DNA of 64,000 nt. It comes from an uncultured Thermoleophilia bacterium (GTDB lineage: Bacteria > Actinomycetota > Thermoleophilia > Gaiellales > Gaiellaceae). Shown here one piece after another: positions 19,820 through 28,962 of this stretch (its first letter is position 1; each line of letters starts with the position of its first letter). The notes beneath the pieces are model-generated. The model did not search any database. It saw only the letters and a program-made list of their open reading frames with translations, and was not told the DNA's origin. The stretch covers positions 144,664 to 208,663 of the forward strand of contig CAWGPJ010000002.1 of assembly GCA_963824455.1 (NCBI GenBank), in the 5' to 3' direction. The translations under genes were made by a program, and so were the position numbers.

Positions 19820-22800
19820 CTAGGCCGAGAGGCGCTCGAGGTAGGCGCACGGCCGGCCGTCGAACGGCAGCGGTGAGCGTCCGAGCCGCGACACGCGCAG
19901 CATCGCGTCCTCGAAGCCCTCGATCTCGACGATCTGGCCGAGGTACGGGGGCGGGCCCTCGACCTCGACGAGCCGGTAGGCGTCGCCGGCCGGGACGAAG
20001 GCGACGTAGGCGTCCGCCTCCTCGCCGGGCTCGCCGGCGGCGCCGGTACGCAGGTGCCAGTCGGCGTCGGTGATCGCCAGGCCGAGCCCGTCGATCGAGC
20101 GGCGCAGCGCGCGGCCGCTCTCGAAGTAGGCCTGCTCGGATGCAGTGAGCCGGCGGGCCAGCTCGGCGAGCCCGTCGCGGATCGCCTGGCCGGTCGCCTC
20201 GGCCGCGGCATCCTCCTGGCCCCGGCGCTCGATCAGGCTGCCGACCTCCTCCTCGAGGCGCGCGCGGAGCTCGTCGAGCTCGGCGCGGCCGGCACTCGAC
20301 CCCGCGACGTGCTCGATGCGATCGACGAGCTCCCCGCGCACCCGATCGAGCTCGGCGCGGCGCTCGGCCTCGTGGTGCTCCGACTGCTCGGCGACCGACG
20401 TCTCGAGCCGGGCGAGCCGGTCGGCGAGCGCCGCCGCCTCGCTGCGGCCCGTCTCGGACGCCTCCTCGAGCCGGCGCGAGTGCGATGCAAGCTCCTGGCA
20501 GACCGCGTCGAGCTCTGCGCCCTGCGCCTCTGCCGCGCCGGCCAGCGACGCCTCGACGGCGTCGAGCCGGCCGCCGAGCGACGAGCTCTCGCGGAGCGAC
20601 GCTTCGACGTCGTCGAGTCGCGCACGAAGCGCTGCCGTGTCCTGCAGCGCGGCTTCGATCCCGTCGAAGCGCTCGCGTACCGAGGCCTTGTCGCTGCGCC
20701 GCTTCTCTGCCGCCTCCTCGACCTTGCGCACCTGGGCCTCGAGCTCGCTGCGAATCGCGTCGAGTGCCGCGCCGTGAGCGGAGGCCGTCTCGGCCGTCGC
20801 GTTCGCGAGCTCGTCGACCCGGTGGAGCGGAGCGAGCTCTTCGAGGCGATGCGTGACCTGTTCGAGCCGCCTGTTGCCCCAGTCGACGCCGTGTGCGAGC
20901 TCGTCCACGCGGCTCGCGACGTTGTCGACCCGCTCGGCAGAGGCCGTGGCGGCGAGCTCGCCTTCGAGCCGGTCGAGGCGCTCGCGCAGACGTCCGGAGA
21001 GCGCGTCGAGCTCGTTGCGCAGCTCGTCGTCGGGAGAGGCGACCTCGTCGAGCCGGACGGCGAGCGCCGCCACGGCGTCGCGCCACTCGTCGTCCGAGCC
21101 TGCCGAGTCGATCTGGACGGCGAGCGCGGCGACCGCCTCGCGCCACTCCTCGCTCGGTGGGGGCAGCGCCTCGAAGCGGTCGCGCAGCTCGTCGAGCCCG
21201 CGGCGGACCTCGTCGAGGTGGTCGTGCGACGGGCGGTCCGCGAGAGCGCCCGACAGCTGCTCGAGACGAGCGAAGAGCTCCTCCGACGCGCCGGCGAGCG
21301 AATCGAGCCGCTCGTCCATGCGGCGCCCGGTGTCGTCGGCGGCGTCGAGGCGACCGGAGAGGCGTTCGACGGCCGAACGTGCCTCGCCGGTCCCGTGCGC
21401 GACCTCGTCGACACGCTCCCAGAGCGAGTCGACGGCCTGACGCCACTCGTCGGTCGGTACCGGCAGCGACTCGACCGCGCCACGCAGGGAGTCCAGGTCG
21501 TTGCGGAGCGCGTCCGCCTGCTCGCGGCCGGCTGCTCCCGCGATGCGCTCCGCGAGCTGCTCGAGACGGGCGGTGAAGCTGTCCGACACCTGCTCGACGC
21601 GCCGGCTCAGCATGTCCAGGTCGTCGGTCGGCGGGGGGAGGGCGTCGAGTGCGGCGCGGAGGTCGTCGAGCTCGCGGCGCAGGCGCTCGGCCTGCTCGCG
21701 CGGCGCGGCCTGGGCGAGCGCTTCGTGGACGTGCTGCAGGCGGTCGCCGAGGCGCTCGTCGAGCTCGTGGATGCGGCCGGACAGCTGATCGATGTCCCCG
21801 GCCGGCGACGGGAGCGCGTCGACCGCGTCCCGCAGTTCGTCGAGCTCGGCGCGGAGGGCGTCGGCCTGGCCGCGTCCGGCGGCGGCGGCCTCGGCGCTGT
21901 CGCTGACCTGCTGGAGCCGGGCCGAGAAGCCCTCGGCGAGCTGCTCGACGCGATGGGCGAGCGCCTGCACGTCGTCGGTCCGGGCAGGGAGGGCGTCGAG
22001 TGCGGCGCGGAGGTCGTCGAGCTCGCGGCGGAGACGCTCGGCCTGCTCGCGCGTGGCCGCTCCGGCCAGGTGGTCTGTGACGTGCTGGAGCCGTGCGTTC
22101 ACGTTCTCGTCGAGCTCGCTCAGGCGTCGCGTCAGCCCATCGATCTGCTCCGCGGTCGCCGGCAGCGCCTCGAGGGCGGTGCGCAGCTGGTCGAGCTCGT
22201 GGCGGAGCGCGTCGGCCTGGTCGCGTCCGGCAGCGGCGGCCTCGGCGCTGTCGCTGACCTGCTGGAGCCGGGCCGAGAAGCCGTCGGCGAGCTGCTCGAC
22301 GCGACGGGCGAGCGAGTCGAGCTGCGTGTCGAGCCCGCGCTCGGTGTCGTGCTCCTCGTCGAGCTGAGACGTGAGGCGCTCGAGGGCGGCCTGCGACTCG
22401 GTCGAGCCCGCCGCCAGCTCCTCGACGCGACCGCCCAGCTCGGCGACCGCCTCCCGCCACTCCTCGGAGGGCTGCGGGAGGGCGTCCAGCCGTGCTGCCA
22501 GCGCTGCGATCTCCGCGCGAAGCTCCGCGAGGGCGTCGTCCGCGGGCGGCGCGGCTGCGGCCGGGGGCGGCCCGGCATCGGCCGCGGGAGCGACCTCGTG
22601 GCGCACGGGCTGCGGGCTGCTCGGCCGCCACATCTCGACCGGCGACTGCGGTTCGGGCGACTGCGGTTCGGGCGGCTGCGGTTCGGGCGCCGGGGCCGGG
22701 CCACGCCCGGCGTCGCCGCCCGCAAGCGCGTCGGAGGCGACGCGCAGCCCCGGTAGCTCGGGCTCCGTGGTCTCGCGCCTGCTCGGATCGAAGCTCGAAG

Positions 22801-23278
22801 CCTGGTCCTCGAGCGCGTCCCAGAGGCGGAGCCGTGACAGCTTCCCCTGTGAGACGAGGATCTCGCCCAGCTTGCGCCCGCTCAGCTTCTGCTCCTCGAG
22901 GGCGTCCTCGAGCTGCCCGCTCGTGATGAAGCCCTTCTCGACGAAGATCTCGCCGATCGGGCGCTTCGACAGCTGGCCCGACTCGTTGCGACCCCACTCG
23001 TCGAGCATGCGGGCGAGCTCGCGCACGGCGGCATTCGCCTCACCGTCCCCGTCGGCCCCGTGCGTCAGGTTCTCGGCGCGCTGGGACATCAGCGCGCTCT
23101 CGAGGTCGGCGCGCGTCACGCCGAACTGGGACATCAGGATCTCGCCGAGCCGTGCGCCGGTCGTCTGCTGCTCCTCGAGGGCAAGCTCGAGCTGGGCCTC
23201 GGTGATCAGGCCCCGTTCGACGATGAGCGCCCCGATCAGGCGGGACGAGATGGGCGCAGACGCGTCCACACGACCCAT
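19820..23278 (-). CDS. large coiled-coil protein with two N-terminal MshEN/T2SSE_N-like modules (function unknown)
   Basis: A 1152-aa ORF with strong GC3 bias. Order: N-terminal (R/K)LGEIL..G....L...L..Q motif pairs, a PEPQS repeat linker, about 780 aa of Ala/Glu/Leu/Arg-rich repeats with a 117-aa periodicity, and a small C-terminal domain. Confidence 0.8.
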   Translation of the reverse strand: MGRVDASAPISSRLIGALIVERGLITEAQLELALEEQQTTGARLGEILMSQFGVTRADLESALMSQRAENLTHGADGDGEANAAVRELARMLDEWGRNESGQLSKRPIGEIFVEKGFITSGQLEDALEEQKLSGRKLGEILVSQGKLSRLRLWDALEDQASSFDPSRRETTEPELPGLRVASDALAGGDAGRGPAPAPEPQPPEPQSPEPQSPVEMWRPSSPQPVRHEVAPAADAGPPPAAAAPPADDALAELRAEIAALAARLDALPQPSEEWREAVAELGGRVEELAAGSTESQAALERLTSQLDEEHDTERGLDTQLDSLARRVEQLADGFSARLQQVSDSAEAAAAGRDQADALRHELDQLRTALEALPATAEQIDGLTRRLSELDENVNARLQHVTDHLAGAATREQAERLRRELDDLRAALDALPARTDDVQALAHRVEQLAEGFSARLQQVSDSAEAAAAGRGQADALRAELDELRDAVDALPSPAGDIDQLSGRIHELDERLGDRLQHVHEALAQAAPREQAERLRRELDDLRAALDALPPPTDDLDMLSRRVEQVSDSFTARLEQLAERIAGAAGREQADALRNDLDSLRGAVESLPVPTDEWRQAVDSLWERVDEVAHGTGEARSAVERLSGRLDAADDTGRRMDERLDSLAGASEELFARLEQLSGALADRPSHDHLDEVRRGLDELRDRFEALPPPSEEWREAVAALAVQIDSAGSDDEWRDAVAALAVRLDEVASPDDELRNELDALSGRLRERLDRLEGELAATASAERVDNVASRVDELAHGVDWGNRRLEQVTHRLEELAPLHRVDELANATAETASAHGAALDAIRSELEAQVRKVEEAAEKRRSDKASVRERFDGIEAALQDTAALRARLDDVEASLRESSSLGGRLDAVEASLAGAAEAQGAELDAVCQELASHSRRLEEASETGRSEAAALADRLARLETSVAEQSEHHEAERRAELDRVRGELVDRIEHVAGSSAGRAELDELRARLEEEVGSLIERRGQEDAAAEATGQAIRDGLAELARRLTASEQAYFESGRALRRSIDGLGLAITDADWHLRTGAAGEPGEEADAYVAFVPAGDAYRLVEVEGPPPYLGQIVEIEGFEDAMLRVSRLGRSPLPFDGRPCAYLERLSA

Positions 23279-23299
23279 ATCGGCAATCCCTCGTCCGAG

Positions 23300-24502
23300 C
23301 TATAGGTCCGGAAGCTGCCAGGTCTCGGCACGGATCAGCGGCACGACCGCGCCGCTGCGCGTGACGGCGTCGACCGACACCCCGGCCCCGCCGATCATGA
23401 AGTCGGTATGGACCGAAGAGACGTTCACGCCTTCGATTCGGCCGCCCTCGACCGCCTCGGCGTAGGCGTCGCCGTAGGCGATGTGACAGGTCGCGTTCTC
23501 GTCGAACAGGGTGTCGAAGAACGTGGTTTCCGTCCGGCCGACGCGTGACGTCCCGTCGACGAGCGCGACCTCGCCGAGGGCGGCGGCATGCTCGTCGGTC
23601 GCCAGCTGGCCGCGGATCACGTCCGCGCCCTCGTCCGCGGCGACCTCGACGATCCGTCCACCGGCGAAGCGCACGCGGAGCCCCTTGACGATCGTGCCGT
23701 AGATCGACAGCGGCATCGTGGCGGCCACGACACCCTCCGTTCGGCGCGCATCGGGCGTCGTGTAGACCTCCTCGGTCGGCATGTTCGCGACGAAGGTGAC
23801 GCCGTCGACGGTCTCGGACTCGACGCCCATCCAGCGCGACTGCGGCAGCAGCCCGACGGTCAGGTCCGTGCCGGGGCCCGTGAAGTGCAGCGCATCGATC
23901 TCGAGCGCCTCGAGCGCGGCCGCCCGGCGCCCGAGCATGTCGATGTGCGAGCGCCAGGCCGCGGCAGGATCGGGCTCGTCGAGCCGCACGCAGTGCTCGA
24001 CGAGGGCCCAGAGGCGGTCGACGTCGGGCTCGCCGAAGATCTGCCTCGCCCAGCCGGCGTTCGGGACCCCGACGACGGTCCAGTTGGTCAGCTGCTCGGT
24101 CGTCTGACGCGAGGCCTCCTTCGCGAGCTCGATCATCCGTGCCTTGCCCACGCGCTCGCCGGGGAGGTCCGCGAGCAGGCCGGGCTCGGCGTCTCCCGTC
24201 AGGGCGACGACGGCCGCGTGCTCGTCCCCGAACATGCGCTCCCGTGTCAGGAGCCACGGCGGCGTCCAGGACAGCACCTCGTCGGCTGCACCGGACTCGA
24301 TCAGTGCGCGGCGGATGTGCGGATCGACGTAGCGGACGTCGACGTAGCGTGCCCCAGCGCGATACGCGGCCCGGGCGACGGTGCGCGCGAAGGCGGCGTG
24401 CTCGAGCCCGGCGACGACGTCCACCAGCTGCCCCTGCTGCACGTTCGCGCCGATTCCGACGACGAGCTCGGCGTAGCGCTCCTCCGGCGACCGCGACGTC
24501 AT
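23300..24502 (-). CDS. M29-family aminopeptidase (AmpS/aminopeptidase T type), paralog 1
   Basis: ERYAELVVGIGANVQQGQ, NWTVVGVPNAGWA, ANMPTEEVYTTP, LFDENATCHIAYG and VHTDFMIGG. The ATG at 24502 overlaps the paralog-2 stop (ATGA). Confidence 0.88.
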   Translation of the reverse strand: MTSRSPEERYAELVVGIGANVQQGQLVDVVAGLEHAAFARTVARAAYRAGARYVDVRYVDPHIRRALIESGAADEVLSWTPPWLLTRERMFGDEHAAVVALTGDAEPGLLADLPGERVGKARMIELAKEASRQTTEQLTNWTVVGVPNAGWARQIFGEPDVDRLWALVEHCVRLDEPDPAAAWRSHIDMLGRRAAALEALEIDALHFTGPGTDLTVGLLPQSRWMGVESETVDGVTFVANMPTEEVYTTPDARRTEGVVAATMPLSIYGTIVKGLRVRFAGGRIVEVAADEGADVIRGQLATDEHAAALGEVALVDGTSRVGRTETTFFDTLFDENATCHIAYGDAYAEAVEGGRIEGVNVSSVHTDFMIGGAGVSVDAVTRSGAVVPLIRAETWQLPDL

Positions 24503-25698
24503 CCCGGCAGCTGCCAGACGTCGTCGCGAAGCAGGGGCACCACGCGGCCGTCGCGGGTCACACCGTCGACGTCGACGTCGGGCCCGCCGATCATGAAGTC
24601 GGTGTGGATGTTCGACACGTTGATGCCGTCGTCCGGTTCGGTGCCCTCGTGGCCGACGCCGATCGCGGCGCCGTAGGCGATGTGACAGGTCGCGTTCTCG
24701 TCGTAGAGCGTGTCGAAGTACACGAGCCCGGTCTGCCCGACTCGGGACGTGCCGTCGACGAGCGCCACCTCGCCGAGGCGCGCCGCGTTGTCGTCGACCT
24801 GGATCTCGGCCCGGACGATGTCGGCTCCACGCGTCGCCTGCACGTCGACGATCCTGCCGCCGTCGAAGGTCACCTGGAGATCCTCGATCACGTCGCCGGC
24901 GCGTGCGAGCGGCCTGGTCGACCTGACGACGCCCTCGGTGCGGCACGCGTCGGGCGTCGCGAACACCTCCTCGGTCGGCATGTTCGCCACGTAGGCGTGG
25001 CCGTCGGCCGTCCGGAAGAGCGCGGAGGCGAAGCGCGAGCGCTCGTGCACCCCGATGACGAGGTCGGTGCCCGGGCCGCGGTAGGCGAGCCGGTCGAGCC
25101 CGAGCGCGTTCAGCGAGCGCGCCCGGCGGTCGAGCCGGTCCATGTGCCTCCGCCAGGCCTCGACCGGGTCGTCCTCGTCGAGACGCGTGCAGAACGCGAC
25201 CGCCTCCCACAACCGCTCGACATCGGGCTCGCCGAACACCTGCTGCGCCCAGCCTGCGTTCGGGAAGGCGACACCGGTCCAGTTGAACGCGTTCCGCGTC
25301 ACGAGGCCAACGTGCGTCTTCCGCAGTTCGATCGGCTGCGCGCGGCCGACGCGCGCGCCGTCGAGATCGGCGAGAAGGCGGGGCTCGGGATCGCCGGTCG
25401 TCGCGATCAGCGCGTTGCCGGCCATCGCCTCGGCCCGCTCGATCTGCCACCGCGGCGAGTGCTCGAGCGTCTCGTCCGGCCCGAGCTCGATCATCGCCCG
25501 CCGAACATGCGGGTCGGCGTAGTGAACGTCGACGTAGCGCGCTCCCGCGCCGTAGGCCTGGCGTGCGAGCGCCCGGGCGAGCGGCGCATGCTCGACCTGC
25601 GTCCCGATGAAGACGGTCTGGCCGGCCGAGACGTTCGCACCCACCCGCACCGCCACCGAGGCATAGCGCTCGAGGCGGCTTACGTCTTCAGTTGCCAG
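24499..25698 (-). CDS. M29-family aminopeptidase, paralog 2 (start codon uncertain, possibly CTG)
   Basis: It carries the same motif set (LERYASVAVRVGANV, ANMPTEEVFATP, LYDENATCHIAYG, IHTDFMIGG). No ATG, GTG or TTG lies upstream of the conserved LERYA segment; CTG is at 25698 and the next GTG is at 25656. Confidence 0.8.
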   Translation of the reverse strand: MATEDVSRLERYASVAVRVGANVSAGQTVFIGTQVEHAPLARALARQAYGAGARYVDVHYADPHVRRAMIELGPDETLEHSPRWQIERAEAMAGNALIATTGDPEPRLLADLDGARVGRAQPIELRKTHVGLVTRNAFNWTGVAFPNAGWAQQVFGEPDVERLWEAVAFCTRLDEDDPVEAWRRHMDRLDRRARSLNALGLDRLAYRGPGTDLVIGVHERSRFASALFRTADGHAYVANMPTEEVFATPDACRTEGVVRSTRPLARAGDVIEDLQVTFDGGRIVDVQATRGADIVRAEIQVDDNAARLGEVALVDGTSRVGQTGLVYFDTLYDENATCHIAYGAAIGVGHEGTEPDDGINVSNIHTDFMIGGPDVDVDGVTRDGRVVPLLRDDVWQLPG

Positions 25699-26897
25699 TC
25701 GTCCTCCCGCAGGATCGGGACCGTCCTCCCGTCTCGCGTCACGCCGTCGACGTCGACGTCGGGCCCGCCGATCATGAAGTCGGTGTGGATGTTCGACACG
25801 TTGGCCCCCCGGGCCCGCAGCTCGTCCGGCTCGAGGCCCTCGAGCGTCTCCTCGCCGAAGACCACTGCGGTGCCGTAGGCGATGTGGCAGGTGGCGTTCT
25901 CGTCGAACAGCGTGTTGAAGAACGTCAGTCCGGTACGGCCGACGCGCGAGGTCCCGTCGACGAGCGCGACCTCCCCGAGCCGGTTCGCGTACTCGTCGAT
26001 CGCCATCTGGCTGCGCACGGCCTCGACGCTCGCGCTCGCCCGCACGTCGACCGCCTCGCCCTTCTCGAAGGTCATCTCGAGGTCGCGGACGATCGCTCCG
26101 CCCAGGCTCAGGGGCCTTGTCGACCGGACCGACCCCTCCGTCCGCCGCCAGTCGGGCGCGACGAACACCTCCTCGGTCGGCATGTTCGGCACGTGGTCGA
26201 CGCCGGTCGCCGTGGTCGCTCCGCCGCCGGCCCACCTGATGCCCGGCAGGAGGCCGATCGTGAGATCGGTGCCCGGCCCGCGGAAGTGCAGGCGGTCGAG
26301 GTCGAGCGCGTCGAGCTGCCGTGCCCGGCTGCGGAGCTTCGCGCTGTGCGCCCGCCAGGCGGCGACCGGATCGGCCTCGTCGAGACGCACGGTGTCCGCG
26401 ATCACCTCCCAGAGCCGCTCGACGTCGGGCTCGCCGAGCACCTGCGTCGCCCAGCCGGCGTTGGGGAAGGCGGCGATCGTCCAGCTGACCGTTCGGGCGG
26501 TCTGCGCCCCGTGCAGCGTCTCGAGGTAGGCGCGCGGGACCGCGCGGCCGATGCGGGCCGGATCGAGGTCGCTCATCAGGTCCGGTTCCGGATCGCCGGC
26601 GATCATCACCAGCGCTGCGTAGTCGCCCATCGCCCTCGCCTGCACGACCCGCCACTCCGGCGTGTCGACGAGGACCTCGTCGTCAGCGTGCTGGATCATC
26701 GCGCGCCGCACGTGCTGGTCGCCGTAGGTCACGTCGACGTAGCGCGCTCCGGCCTCGTACCCCGAGCGCGCGATCGCCCGAGCGAGCTCAGCGTGCTCCA
26801 CGAGCCCGACGACGAAGAGCGTCTGCCCCGGCTGTACGTTCGCGCCGACGTGGACGATCAGCTCGGCGTACCGCTCGAGGCGATCCATCGCGACCAC
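25680..26897 (-). CDS. M29-family aminopeptidase, paralog 3
   Basis: MDRLERYAELIVHVGANVQPGQ, PNMPTEEVFVAP, LFDENATCHIAYG, IHTDFMIGGPDVDVDG. Confidence 0.88.
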   Translation of the reverse strand: MVAMDRLERYAELIVHVGANVQPGQTLFVVGLVEHAELARAIARSGYEAGARYVDVTYGDQHVRRAMIQHADDEVLVDTPEWRVVQARAMGDYAALVMIAGDPEPDLMSDLDPARIGRAVPRAYLETLHGAQTARTVSWTIAAFPNAGWATQVLGEPDVERLWEVIADTVRLDEADPVAAWRAHSAKLRSRARQLDALDLDRLHFRGPGTDLTIGLLPGIRWAGGGATTATGVDHVPNMPTEEVFVAPDWRRTEGSVRSTRPLSLGGAIVRDLEMTFEKGEAVDVRASASVEAVRSQMAIDEYANRLGEVALVDGTSRVGRTGLTFFNTLFDENATCHIAYGTAVVFGEETLEGLEPDELRARGANVSNIHTDFMIGGPDVDVDGVTRDGRTVPILREDDWQLKT

Positions 26898-26913
26898 AAT
26901 AGAGAATCCGCTA

Positions 26914-27498
26914 TCACGTGTCGAGCGGGACGTCGTCCCAGGTCGACCCTAACCCGCAGAGCCAGTTGAGGGCGTGATGGCGCTCGGCCGCGATCGCGTG
27001 GGCCTCCGCGTGCTGCTCCGGCGACAGGTGGCGGTAGACCTTGCCGTAGGCGGGGAAGTCTCCGCGCAGCGGTGCGGGGAGCAGGTCCTGCTCGAAGCCG
27101 CGCATCGCGGTCGCCGCGATCAGCTGGTCGAACGTCGCGTAGCGCGGCGGCAGCTCGACCTCTCCGCGGGTCTGCAACGTCGCGGTCCGCGCACGCCAGT
27201 GCCAGAGGCGCGCCGACTGCCGCTCGAGATCGACGTCCTGCGGCTCGCGCAGGCGGGCGCCCTCGAGCCCCTTGCCGGTCACCGCGGCGGTCTCGAACGG
27301 GCGGTCGTACGGTGGCAGCTCGAGCAGCTCGAGCGCCCAGAGGAGCGTCCCGAGCGCCTCGCCGCGCCAGACCGCGGCCGCCGCGGCCGGGTCGGTCGAC
27401 CCGTCCGCGACGTGCTGGAGGCCGGCCCGGACCTCGCCCTGGAGCGTGCGGCAGCGCTCGACCACCTCGTTCTGCGGGCGGAGCTTCGGCCGCGGCAC
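26914..27498 (-). CDS. conserved hypothetical protein (possibly DUF4272-like)
   Basis: This is the C-terminal 194 codons of a longer track ORF and has good GC3 bias. The tail AERHHALNWLCGLGSTWDDVPLDT resembles my memory of DUF4272. The GTG start at 27498 is a guess. Confidence 0.5.
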   Translation of the reverse strand: MPRPKLRPQNEVVERCRTLQGEVRAGLQHVADGSTDPAAAAAVWRGEALGTLLWALELLELPPYDRPFETAAVTGKGLEGARLREPQDVDLERQSARLWHWRARTATLQTRGEVELPPRYATFDQLIAATAMRGFEQDLLPAPLRGDFPAYGKVYRHLSPEQHAEAHAIAAERHHALNWLCGLGSTWDDVPLDT

Positions 27499-27609
27499 GC
27501 CCGTGAATGTACTTGCCTTTCCGGCGACGCCCCTTCGGTTCGCGCCCGGGGACAGATCGTTCCGAAAGCGGCACAGCTGCCGTCGGGCGGCGCCGCTACC
27601 GTCACTGCC

Positions 27610-28962
27610 GTGGCGAAGGCGGCGGCCGTCCAGCACGCGTGCACCGAGTGCGGCACGGCTTCGACCCGCTGGCTCGGGCGCTGCCCGGGCTGCGGCGAGT
27701 TCGGCACGATGGTGGCCGAGGCGCTCCCTGCACGGGGACAGCGGGGGCGTGCCCACGCCTCCGAGCCCGCTCGGCGGCCGCCGCTCCGCCTCGTCGACGT
27801 CGTGGTCGAGGAGAGCGAGCGGCTCTCGACGGGCGTGCCCGAGCTCGACCGCGTGCTGGGCGGCGGGCTCGTTCCGGCCTCGCTCGTCCTGGTCGGCGGT
27901 GAGCCGGGCGTCGGGAAGTCGACGCTGCTCCTGAGCGCCCTCGGCGCGATGTCGGCCGGACGGCGGCGCGCGCTGCTCGTCACGGGCGAGGAGTCGGTCG
28001 CCCAGGTCAAGCTGCGTGCCGCGCGGCTCGGCGGCTGCGATGCGGTCGAGATCCTGGCCGAGACCGAGCTCGAGCACGTCTGCGACACGCTCGAGCGCGA
28101 GCGGCCGGCGGTGTGCGTCGTCGACTCGGTGCAGACGCTTTGGTCGCAGGAGGTCGGCTCGGCGCCCGGGTCGGTCTCGCAGGTGCGCGAGGCGGCGGCG
28201 CGCCTGCTGCGCGTGGCCAAGGAGAGCGGCGTCGCCGTGTTCCTCGTCGGCCACGTGACGAAGGACGGGGCGGTGGCCGGGCCGCGTGTGCTCGAGCACC
28301 TCGTCGACTGCGTCCTGCAGTTCGAGGGCGACCGCTACCGCGCCCACCGCGTGCTGCGCGCGGTGAAGAACCGCTTCGGCTCGACGAACGAGATCGGCGT
28401 CTTCGAGATGACCGGCTCGGGCCTCGTCGGCGTGCCCGAGCCGTCCGAGGTGTTCGGCCGCTCGGAGGGCGGGGAGGTGGGCGCCGCGGTCACCTGCACG
28501 CTCGAGGGGACGCGGCCGCTGCTCCTCGAGGTGCAGGCGCTCGTCGCGCCGAGCGATCTCGCGCTGCCGAGGCGCGTCGGCACCGGTGTCGACCCGAAGC
28601 GCCTGGCGATGATCGTCGCGGTGCTCGCCAGGCACGCCGGCCTGCCGCTCGGCGGCGCGGACGTCTTCGTCAACGTGGCCGGAGGGGTCCGGATCGAGGA
28701 GCCGGGCGGCGACCTCGGGATCGCGCTCGCGATCGCCTCGGCCGCGAAGGGGTCGCCCGTGCGCGAGGGTGTGGCGGCGTTCGGCGAGATCGGGCTCACC
28801 GGGCGCCTGCGGGCCGCCACGCAGGCCGACCGCCGAGCGGCGGAGTGTCGCAAGTTCGGGCTCGGTTCGGTGCTCGCCCCGGCCGGGACGGCGGGAGCGG
28901 TGCTCGAGGCCGACACCCTGCGCCGCGCGCTCGCCGCCGCGCTGGGCGAGAACCCCTCGTGA
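27610..28962 (+). CDS. radA: DNA repair protein RadA
   Basis: N-terminal zinc ribbon CTECG...RCPGCGEFG, Walker A GGEPGVGKSTLL, KNRFGSTNE, and a Lon-like C-terminal domain. GTG start at 27610. Confidence 0.93.
   Translation: MAKAAAVQHACTECGTASTRWLGRCPGCGEFGTMVAEALPARGQRGRAHASEPARRPPLRLVDVVVEESERLSTGVPELDRVLGGGLVPASLVLVGGEPGVGKSTLLLSALGAMSAGRRRALLVTGEESVAQVKLRAARLGGCDAVEILAETELEHVCDTLERERPAVCVVDSVQTLWSQEVGSAPGSVSQVREAAARLLRVAKESGVAVFLVGHVTKDGAVAGPRVLEHLVDCVLQFEGDRYRAHRVLRAVKNRFGSTNEIGVFEMTGSGLVGVPEPSEVFGRSEGGEVGAAVTCTLEGTRPLLLEVQALVAPSDLALPRRVGTGVDPKRLAMIVAVLARHAGLPLGGADVFVNVAGGVRIEEPGGDLGIALAIASAAKGSPVREGVAAFGEIGLTGRLRAATQADRRAAECRKFGLGSVLAPAGTAGAVLEADTLRRALAAALGENPS

Noticed and set aside
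22620-22690. A 15-bp tandem repeat (GACTGCGGTTCGGGC x3).
   Set aside because: It lies inside the coiled-coil gene and simply encodes the PEPQ(S/P) linker repeat. It is not an independent element.
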